NCBI GenBank assembly: GCA_951406725.2
Contig: OX597819.1
Coordinates: forward strand, 131,750,001-131,814,000
Direction: 5' to 3'
Origin: Octopus vulgaris
Taxonomy: Eukaryota
DNA length: 64,000 nt
Shown: positions 13,401 through 25,400 of the stretch, one piece after another
Layout: every line of letters begins with the position of its first letter
Numbering within the stretch: the first letter of the stretch is position 1
Made by a program: the position numbers and the translations under genes
The notes under the pieces: model-generated
What the model was told of the DNA's origin: nothing
The model's database searches: none
What the model saw: only the letters and a program-made list of their open reading frames with translations

Positions 13401-16400
13401 GAATGGCACAATCAAGACAGAATTGGAAGTGCATTGTGACCAGCGGTGTATAACAGCATCTGGAGGTCTGGTCAATACTGTGAATTATTAAAAAGTTAAA
13501 GCGAGTTTGAATTTGAATAAAATTAAAATTGAGCAGATTTGTAGTGAGTATTAACATGGAACACACTGTAGTCACCAGATGGCCATGCCTGGGTATGATA
13601 GTCATTCTTAACACTGGTTCGCTTTAATGTGATAGAAAAGTCAATTAATTTAATCCATCTTTTTGTAGTCATAACAAATTTATCTGAATCTATCAAAGTT
13701 GTTGGGTATTTCTAAGAGTGCCAGATGATGTATGAAAAAAAGCTGAAGCATGTGCGATCACACACAAACACAAATTTTGCAAGTAAACTTGCAAGTAGCA
13801 AATATTACAAACAGAAAGAATTTCTAAAAAAGTATGCCTCAAACAGAAATCCAAAAATTAACCATTTATGAATTGCTACAAAGATTGTCAAAAGTATTAA
13901 GAATTTTCTATTTAAATTGCAAAGAATTTATATATATATAAAGTTCTTGAAAAGAGAGTAAAGTGAAAAGAGCATGCAAATCAACCAGAAGGCAGGTACC
14001 TACCCACTCCAACTGGAGGTGGTAAATCTTCTATTAATGTAAAACAAAAATTAAAAATCAATAATAATATATTAAAGAATGTATAATATATTGTGATTAC
14101 ACTATCATCATATATGTAATATATTACATTGTCAGATATATGATATTATTATTATTATTATTACATTGTCAACATTTGAGTAGTGAAATAGAGTCAAGAC
14201 TTTAGAAGTGCATAAAAGTACATTTTATCAACAGCATATCAATTAATAAAGTACAATGGTATAGTGAAAAAGTATAGAATATAATTAATTACAAAGATGA
14301 TTTCAAAAGCACAATTATTGATAAAAGAAACTAAAAGATTTAAACAAACGAAAGCTTTCATCACTTTCTTCTGGCAGTTTTAGTGTTCTTAAAGTATGAA
14401 CCCTAAAGATAAGAAGGACAGACTAAAGGTGGCTGACACCAGACCACTGATGGCATTTAAGATGACAAGCTACAGGGGGAGCACTGTGGATCAGTTGGTT
14501 GGCCTGTAGATCAGGGAATTCAGTCTTAAAGATTGGAGCAGATCAAAGTTTGGTAACAACATTCAAATGGCAATAATTGTAATTTTTTAGTCATATTATC
14601 AGGACCCAGAAGTTGTGTGTCCACATCCTCAGTGACCAGAGGGACAGAAAACAGCTTCATGGGCAACAAAGATAAAACTGGAATGATGCTATCAAGAACT
14701 AAATAGGGAAATGAAGCCTGGCAGAGTACTGAGACCACAACATGTGGTAACAAATGATGGTTGTGTTGGAGACCTTCAACACCCACTCACACGAATGGAT
14801 ACATCCCTCCCAGCCAGGTCTTTTCTCTAAAAGTCCAAGTTGAACTTCACTCATGGTGGAAAAAAAAACCCATGGGCACAGAAAATCCTTTGAATATTTT
14901 TTTTTTTTTTAAGCAGAAAGATATTCACAATAATGTCTATTCTGCACTTGAGTTTTAAAGAGATTTCAGATTAACAAGAAAACCAGGTTTATAATTTGTC
15001 ATCTATTGAAGTGAGGAATGTCTAAGTGACCTCAAGCTTTCAGACAAGAATCCAATGAATTCTTTTGTCTAAACTGAACAACATTCATTGAAGAACACTG
15101 TCAGGGATAAACTAATCCCTAATCCACCAAGATCTACTAAAAGAAAACTTGTACACAAAAATTAGCAACAAACAGTAGTCCTCTCTAACAGTATTGGGTC
15201 ATACCATAAATAATGTGGGTTTTTTGTACTTTTATTTTTCAAAATAAAGATAAATTTTTAAAAATCTAAAATATACTCTCCTTCATTTTCTACATTGCTC
15301 TTCCATGTATCTGGTAGACTTGCAAGGCTCCTTTTCCAAAATTCACTTGTCCGTCACAAAAAATACTCCTCCAGTACTATTCTGACCTTGTCTACAGAAT
15401 TCATATTTTTTCCATCCAAATGATTTTGATGACTGTCAAATAAATGATAGTCAGATGGGGCAATGTTCAGTGAATATGGTGGGTGGAGCACCTTTTCCCA
15501 TTCAAACTGCTCCAGCCTTTGGAATGTCATCCTCATTGTATGTGGCCAAGCATTATCCTGATAGAAGAACACCTTTCATCTTGAAACCAAAGATGGTTGT
15601 TTTTCTTCCAGTGCTGACTTAAACTGCTCAAAGTAGATCTTAGTTATCATTTGGTTTGGGTTTAAAAGTTTAAAGTGCACTAAACCTTTCATATTCCTCC
15701 AAACAGATAACAACACCTTACGTGGGTGAAAACTTTCTTTAGCCTGGGGTGCCAGTGTTTTTCCTTTCCCTACCCACTGTCTTTGGCACTTGACATTTTT
15801 ATAGAGAAACCATTTCTTGTCACCAGTCACTAATCGGTCCACAAGAGGTTCATTGATGAGACATGACAGCAAAGAAGAGCACACATTCACTCTCTGCATG
15901 CGATTAGACTGGGAAAGTTTGTGAGGAACTCATTGACCCAATTTGCTGATTTTTCTGATGGCACGCAGGTGTTGCTGAATAGTTTGAATGATCAAATCCA
16001 AGCTTCTCTACAGTTACAATGGGATCTTGTTCCACCAGGGTTTGCAGGGCGTCCTCATCAAACTTTACAGATCTTCCAGAATGAAGATCGTCTTCTAGGC
16101 TGTAGTTTCTAGTTCAGAATTTCTGGAACCACCATTGACACTGGCTTATGCTTATTGTTCCATCTCCATTATTCTGCATTAATATTCCTCACAGCTTTTG
16201 CTGCATTGTTGCCTTTATTGAAATCATAAAACAAAATATGCTGAATATGTTCCTTTGTCACTTCCATTATAGCTTTGAAAAAAAATAACTATTAAAATTG
16301 ATCTGCACTCTTCAAAACTTGCACTAAAACCAAGGGCAAGGTAAAATTACTATCTGCTTTTATAGCAAGCTGATTCAGGTAGTTTAACCCGTCCCCTCCA

Positions 16401-19400
16401 ACTTTTAGTTCATGCAATTGAAAAAAACTGTATTATTTATGGGATGACCCAATATAATTAATTCTCTCTAATAATATTCACAGTGAAGTAGCATTGTCCA
16501 ACAACATATGATCTGCTGAATTAAATTCAATGTCGGTGGAATTTTATATTACTTTGTCAGTTTGTGTGTGAATGTAATTATATACACATTCACTGAATTA
16601 TACAAAGAGAAAGAATTGTTTTGACTTCACAAGAGCCTGTAGTACCCCCCTCCCCACCCCACCTGCTAACAATGAATAAAATGGTAAAAGACTGGGTCTG
16701 ACCAGAACTAATACATAGCAGCATCATCTGGTTTACCTACCCTCAATGTCAGCATCATTGACCACTTCTTCAACTGGAACAGAAATAGGATAGAATTTCA
16801 ACAAAAATATCAAAGAACAAAGGTGTAAAGCCATTGAAAGACTTAACGGGTTTAATCATAAACCACTGCAGTTGTTATTGATTAATATTGGAGATTAAAA
16901 ACAACACTCAGGAACCCAACAATTGATTGATTATTAGTTGTTATCTAACGATATTGCATTCTGGTCATCTGGGGGGGGGGGGGGAATATAAATTTAGGAG
17001 ATTAAATATCTGACACGTTTTCAAATCTAACCATTCCTTTTAGTATTGGAGAGAGAACTGCAACATCTGATCCATTTGTAGAATGCCTTCTCAACAATAA
17101 ACCAAACCAATTAGTGTTTAAGATGAGAGTAAAAGACAAACGGGGGGGGGGGGCTTAATGAGAAGTGTTACGTCAGAGTGAACAATGGCTGAACATTATA
17201 ATATAAAGTGTGAAAGAAGAAAACATGAACAGCCACGTATTGACAGTTTCAGAACTGATAGAGAATTATTAATGGAAGCACAATTCAATCAGAAAACTCA
17301 GTAATGATATCAGTTGACTAAGCTAAAACTGCTGCCATACTTCTACTACATATGGCCAGCTGGATGAGAATGCTATTATCTTTAGTTTACAAATAAAAGG
17401 TTTCAGTTAGAATCCATTGTAAGGCTACAGGGAGAGAAAGACACTAAGTCCAGCAGTCGGGGAACAGAGAGTTGTGTAAAGATAAACATTGGAGACAAGG
17501 TTGATAATGTAAAATTGTTAGCAATGAAACTTAACTTTATTCATATTAAAATAACATAGGAAAATAAATTAACACGTTAGTTAGGAAATCAATTAAAATT
17601 AAATTAAATGAAGGAGGAATACACAGATGGAATTTAATTGAACAGACAAATTCTTGTTCTTTATAAAATGATTTACTTTGCAGAACCTCAAATGCGTTTA
17701 GTTGTCAATTGCTGAAGACTAATTTAAGAGCATAAAAGAAAAGCTGAACAAGTTTGTGTCCACTTAAATATGGAAGGACCTTTCTTGCAGTAACTATCTC
17801 GAAAAAAGAAATTCTTCCCCTTACACAACTATGTAACATTTTATTAATTGTTCTTTATTCGATGCTTCCTTCGTAAATATATAAGGACACAGGAAATGTG
17901 TCGAAGCCGACAGGAAGCGTCGATGCTTCCTAGGGCTAAACAGCGGTGGTGTAATCCCCTACTGTCACGTTAAGTTGACAGTATACAACCTCTTTATTCT
18001 TCTTATTGGACTAAGTTTATGAAAAACATCAAGTGCAACCACACACACACACAGTTCTCACTTTCTCCATATTTCTCATGTACCAGGGTTGGACATCACC
18101 CTTTTGCACAAACACAATTCTGAGAAACTGCAGATCCCTTTTGATGTTGGTTATCTGGGTTTCTTTGGTCATCTCTACAGACAGTGACATCTTACCTGCA
18201 ATCCAATTTGATATTATTCTTGTGCTGTGTGGGAACCAGCATTGCCAAAGAATAGACCCAACATCTCCTCTGCATCTCATAAAAGGCAACTGAAAGAGGC
18301 TGAGGGAGGATTTGCACTCTGACCTCATAAAACCCTCAATAGCTACCCCAAAACAGACCCATAGATTGGAGGGTTGTCATCCAAGTGGTGCAAAGGCGTC
18401 ATGCACCAGGTGTAGGGTATCACTAACAAATGGTAGATGGAATGATGCATTGTCACAGCACCTTCCCCCCTACTGCTACTGCCACCTCTACTACTACTTC
18501 CACCATATTTAGCATAAAAGACATCAAGGCAGTTTAAGAAATGCTTTAAAGTAGAGAGTTTTGCTGATCAGATCCACCTCATCATGTTTCTCTCTTTTGG
18601 GGTTGCAGCAGTGTAAGAAGACCTCAATGCTCACAGGCCCCATCTCAAACCTCAATACTCACAGGCCCTGTTTTAATGACTGACTGAAGGAGATTATAAT
18701 GAAAAACTGCATGTTTGCCACCTGACAGGTAAGCAAAATAATCCAATCAGAATAAATTAACAACTTCTTTGAACTGAGAGAGAAGAGGAGGACGTAATGT
18801 TGCCACAGATTCTAAGTCAACACAAATACTGTTTTTAGTTGTTAGTGCCTCTATACACACACAGCGCTTAAAATAAGATTGCCATTTAAAAACCTTTTAA
18901 AATATACAAATTAATGTAAAATGTTATACTTTTTCTTTGCAATGAAAGCAAAAGCAACCATAACAATGCAACATCATCCACTACACACACACACACACAC
19001 ACACACAGCGGGGCAAACAGTTGCTCAAGAAATATTTCAGTATCACAGCCATTTTATTCAAGAGGACCAAAAGACTGAATTAATCCTCATCCTTTAATAT
19101 ATATTTTTGTTGTGATTTTTCTTTGTTTTTTTTTTGTTTTATTTTTACTGATGAGGTTTCCATCTAATAATGGAATCGTTGTTCCACCTCAGTTGTAGTA
19201 ACAATCATCATCAGCATCATCATTGATGTGGTGTGAAATTAAGGTGAGTGGAACAAATATTATTGGACCTAAATATTTGCAGCAAACTCTTCTCTCCTTC
19301 ACGCCAACCAAAAAATGGTTTTCATTTAGAGCATGGCTGATATAACAATACATAATTTTCTTCGAAAGTATACTTCTGCTATATCTTAACAACACATTTC

Positions 19401-22400
19401 AAGATTTAATTATGTCTTTATGAGGAAGGTAATTAAATGAATTAAATTGAACCAATACAACAGCTAGATATCAAGGTAACTAAAATTATGACTTTAGAAG
19501 TTTTAGTAAGTGGGATTCTATGACTACAGGAAAACTCCAGGAAACATCATGCAAACCAGACAACTGATACCTACCCATAAAACTAGGAGGCGGCAAATTC
19601 TCAGCTTTATAAGACAAAAGATAGAACAAAATAAATACTGACAGGTTTGGGACAAAAATCAGGGTATCAGAAGTAAAAGTTTAAGTATCTCTTAGTAAAA
19701 AATAATAATAATAATTATAATTAAAAATAAAATTTATAGGTTCATTATAATTAAGTTATGTTGAAAAACTTGCCATGGTACTTTCAAGACTGGTTTGACT
19801 GGTTTTACAAAATAATGCCATTTGAATGGTAGAAAGACATTTCTCAGCTCAATGGCTCAACAGTAATTTAGGGATAATCCACAAATTCAATTCAAATTAA
19901 CTGGAACTAATCCATCGTCATGTGAGGATTATAAATGAAACTGTGATAGAGTTGGCCCATGGTAAAAAGGAAGCTAATCTCTGTGGCACAATCAACCTCA
20001 GGGTTGGCCAAATGAGACAGGGGGGTGGGGGCAAGAGGGAGACAGAGATGTAACAAGTTGTAGGAATTTAAAACCTATTCTAAAGAGGTTGTTGATATTT
20101 GACGATGGAGTGAGTCTCTGCACAACTCAGCATTGAGTCGTGAAGAAAAGAGAAAAAGAACTGTTCGAATACCAGGTGATATCACATATTGATATCTAAT
20201 CAGTATTATGACAGAAATGTTTCAAACTTTGGTACAAAGGGGGAAGGGGTTAACTGATTATACTGACCCCAGTACATAACTGGTACTTTATTTGATTAAC
20301 CCTCAAAAGGATGAGGGCAAAATTAGCCTGGGTAGGATTTTAACTCAGAACTTAAAAGAGCCAAACGCAATACTGACAACAGTAATAACAACAGCAATCG
20401 CTTCTACTGGAAGGAGAAGGCCTGAAATTTGAGCGGAAGGAATTAAGTCGATTACATCAACCCCAGTATGCAACTGGTACTTAATTTATCGACCCCGAAA
20501 GGATGAAAGGCAAAGTCAACCCCGGTGGAAGTTGAACTCAGAACGTAAAGGCAGACAAAATACAACTAAGCATTTCGCCCGGCGTGCTATCGATTCTGCC
20601 AGCTCACCACCTTCATAATAATAATAATAATAATGATACTAATAATAATAGAATATTGCACGATACCTACCCTTACGATAAGTAGTTTGTATTTCTTCCT
20701 CTGAATGAAAGATAAAATCAATATCAATAGACTGTCACTGAAGTTTCAGAAAAAAATATAGACACACACACACATGCATGCATGCATGCACGTACACACA
20801 CACACACACACACACAAAATAGAAGTGATTTTCCTGGTCTAAAATCAAACAAATTTGTTCTAGAAACAATGCACAATTCTGTTTGGCTTTCATCAATTAA
20901 TAGTTAAATCAAATTTACTTCATTAATTAAAAATATATACTTTGATGCAAAAGACAAATGGAAACTTGAAAACAATTTTTGAAATTTCAATAATTTTTAC
21001 ATCAGATTGTTTCCAGTGCTTCTTATGTAAGTCTGGTACTTGCTCTGTTGGTTTCTTTGTTGAACTGCTAAGTTACAGGGACATAGACAAACCAACATCT
21101 GTTGTTAGCAATGAGAAACACAAACGCACCCCCCCTGCCCTGATTTTTTGTTTGTTATTTTGGTGATAATCATTAAGAACCACAGCAAACTATGGATTTG
21201 AACAGAGTAAAAGGGATCAGGGGGGACCCTAGCTTGGAATAAATATAATCACTCTGTCATCAGAGTTACTTTAAAGAAACCAACAGATTAAAAGATTAAC
21301 AAACAGCATTTGGTGGATTAAGCTTTCACATAAAGAATAAGCGGAAAGCTTATTGGAAAGAAATTAGTCAAAGAAATCTCAAGATGCAATTTCAGAGAAT
21401 TAAAACAAGTCATGAAAATATATTAGCTAATTAAAGTCGGAACCAAAAGCCAAGAATTATTCACACGATTCTGGAATGGTAATACCATTATTATTACTCT
21501 GAAGATATTGACAATGGAAGTCAGTCAAAATTATTTCTATTTACAGTGTCACAACAACAACAATAGTAGTAGTAGTAATAATAATAATAATAATAATAAT
21601 GGTTCCAAATTTTGGTAGCAGACCAGCAATCATAAGGGAGGAAGAACGTTGATTACATTGAGTCCAGAGATCAAATGGGATACTTTTTACTGACCCTGAA
21701 AGGTAAAGTGAAACCTGGTGGAATTTGAGCTCAGAATATAAAGACAGACGGAATGTCTCTCAGCATTTTGTATGGCATGGCAAGGATTCTGCCAGCTCAC
21801 TGTCTTTGTATTGGGATGGAGTTGGCCTGGATTATGCTGTTGCACAATCAATAGGCATACTTCACTTGTGGCAATTTTTAAGGGCTCAGTGTTCAGAAAC
21901 TCCAATGGGGTTTGATTAGGATTAGAGGTTTTAATGTCCGACTCTCAGCTGGTCAGTAATCGTTTTAAGGCTACAATAGGAAGGTAAGGAAATTTCTGAG
22001 AAATATGTTGATAACCATCATGGGACACTTTTGAAATGCTGGCCAAATTTTGATGCTTGATAATCTCTACAGGAATTCAGTTTGACTGCTATAATTTGGC
22101 ATCAAAGTTTGACATTCATTGTTAATTTTATCCAAGTCCTTTTCCATTTCCTTCATTCAGGATTCCCTATAACTATATTTGATATAATGGCACACAAGAT
22201 CACTCATATGTTTCTAATAAACCCTTATGTCACTACAAATCTGTTTAATTCTATGAGAGCAAAAAATTTGAACTTTGGACTTAATAATTCTTTCAACAAA
22301 AGCAGAAATTTTGAGGGAGAAGTTCAATTCTTTGACTGCTGTTTATTTTATTGACCCCTAAAGGGATGAAAAGCAAAGTCAACCTCAGTGGCGTTTGAAC

Positions 22401-25400
22401 ACAGAATGTACTGCTGGAAGAAACTCCACCAAGCATTTTGTCCAATTTTGCCCAACAGTTCTGCCAGTTTGTCACCTTAATAATAATAACAATAAATGCT
22501 CAGTTGCAGTACCAGACAGTGGCTCTCATGGCTTCTGATCTTAACTGATTGCAAGTGTTATCATGTACATTGTTTTGTCTTGGTATAAAAGATGGGCTAC
22601 AGCAAATATTCTGCTCAATACCACGGATTTGATTGTCAGTTGTTTGACTTTAACCAGTTGAGCATGTCCCTTGGTGGCTGACGATATGTGCATCTCTGAC
22701 CACGAGCAGAAGTAGTGGCAGAGCATCATAGCCATGTGTTGAGAGGAATTCTTTGGGGTTTAGATAATTCACCTCTGGAAACATGGGTGGTTCGTTCAAC
22801 ATCCTTAAACAATCTTTATTCAGGGACCTTTTGAGCTGGATGGACTACTCGACCAGAAGAAAATTCTAACTGGGCCCCACCTGCAAGGTCATGTGTTGTT
22901 TATCTTGATATGAGATCACCATGTCGTGCACATATGGTTGTGATACATGTGCCTAGTGTACCCTTATCAGACGGGTAGACATGATGGGTATACTAGGCTT
23001 TGTACCCCAGTGTCACTTTGATGGCATGCACTGCTCTCTCACTCAATAATGATAATAAACCCTACTTTGATATATTCATTTAATGGTTTCAGTCATTGGA
23101 CTGCGACCATTCTGGGGCTTCACCTTTCAGGGTTTAACATTGACTCAGTATTTATTTTGTCAACATAGGAGGATGAAACACAAAGTTGTCAAGGGCAGGA
23201 TTTGAACTCAGAATGGAAACAGTTGTAATGAAATGCCACAAAGGTGCTCTACACATTCTACCACAGACACACAGGTTACTGCAAACATGGTCACTTTGGT
23301 TAATAGGAACACAACTATATATGAATCTCAACTACAAAACTGAATTAAACAATACTGATATTTATGGCATTTAAAAGCATTGAAGAACAATCATTTTTCT
23401 TTCACAATGTATTTTCTAAGTGAGTAAAAGCTTGGAAAAATGAGATTATTAAATGTAAAAGTTGGACAACACACACAAAACAAAAACAAAAAAGAAAACT
23501 ACCAAATTAAGAAATTGAGAAAATTTTGTGTTAAAAACAAGAAGAAAAAACTTGAATATTTTATCTAACTTCAACCTTTGTAGTCAACTGAAAGACACGG
23601 TTTTGCAACAAGAAAATATCGTTATGGGAGAGATTCTACGTTTTATATTGGAACTGTATGTTCTTTGTTTATTTCTTGAATATTTAACCAATTCTGTACA
23701 TTCTATCAAACTATAAAGACTATCACTTTAAAAAGAATCTTCCAAAATTCCAGAATATACGTGGCATATACATCTGGACATATATTCTTAAGCACAAATA
23801 TACATACATATCCTCTGATGATATGTGTATTACAGGCATACATTTGTAGCTACATATGTACATATGTGTATACCCACACCATCTGATATAAGAATCATGT
23901 ACATTCATATATACACACACTCATATCATCTTATACAAGTTCACCCACATCGCCTGATATAGGTATTACACATATATGTGTGTGCATATGTATATATATG
24001 TTACCATCCGAATGTGGCCGATGCCAGTGCCACTGTGACTGGATTCCATGCTGGTGGCACATAAAAAGCACCATCCGATCGTGTTCGATGCCAGCTCCTC
24101 TGGCCTCTGTGCCAGTGGCACATAAAAAGCACCCACTACACTCTTGGAGTGCTTGGCGTTAGGAAGGGCATCCAGCTGTAGAAACATTGCTAGATCAGAT
24201 TGGGGACTGGTGCAGCCTCCTGGCTTCCCAGACTGCAGTCGAACCGTCCAACCCATGCCAGCAAGGAAAATGGATGTTAAACAATGATGTAATACATACA
24301 TACATAGTAGAATAATAAAAAGAAAGTTCTTGGTACAGTATTATATATTTGAAAAAATGGGTAGAGATGGCTTTGGGCGGGGGTGGTAATTTTCATTTCA
24401 ATAATAATGTTTACAGTGAGTTACTCTGATACGAGTTTCAAGCTTCAAGGAACCATTTCCAAACTGAGAAATGTGTGTTTTTACTGGTTGCTTAAATAAC
24501 AAAAAAGATTTTTCTTACAAGTATACACACAAAAAAGAGGAAACTATGTAAAAAGACTACAAAAGCATGTGTGTATAAGAAGAAGAACACACATGCTTTT
24601 GTAGTCTTTTTTATATAATTTCCTCTTGTGTATATATATATATTTCTCTCTTGTGTGTGTGTGTGTGTGTATATATATATTTTTTTTTTTTCTTCTTCTT
24701 GTGTATATATATATATATATATTTCTCTGTGTGTGTGTGTGTGTATATTTTTTTCTTCTTGTGTATATATATATTTTTTCCTCTTGTGTGTATATATATT
24801 TTTTTGTGTGTATACTTGTAAGAAAAATCTTTTTTGTTATTTAAGCAACCAGTAAAAACACACATTTCTCAGTTTGGAAATGGTTCCTTGAAGCTTGAAA
24901 CTCGTATCAGAGTAACTCACTGTAAACATTATTATTGAAATGAAAATTACCCCCCCCCCCAAGCCATCTCTACCCATTTTTTCAAACACACACACACACC
25001 TATATCACCTGATATAGGTATTATATATACATACATGGGTGTGTGTGTACGCCCACCCTCATATATCATCCGATATAAGTCTTCTTACTCAGTGAATAAA
25101 AATAAAACATCTGTAGGTATTTCGTTGATACGATTACAATTAGTCATTGTTTCCAGAATATCTCAGATTAGTCTCACTCCCAACAAACGGACCGTCTAGA
25201 AAGAACAAACTCTGACTTAACACTCCACGTTTATGGAGTGTTAAGCAATGTTTAAGTAAGGAGATCAAACTCATTCAAATTGAGTGCAGAAACAATGAAA
25301 GGGAGAAACCATTTCAGGCAAGAAATTTAGTAAAACCCAAAACAATATCTTTAACAGTGTCCGACATATTTGGAATGGCAATCTAAGAAATGCTATGTCT

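Noticed and set aside
15354-15899. Transposase ORFs as an active or domesticated gene
   Set aside because: Stops, frameshifts and altered conserved motifs (GDKKW) indicate a dead copy.
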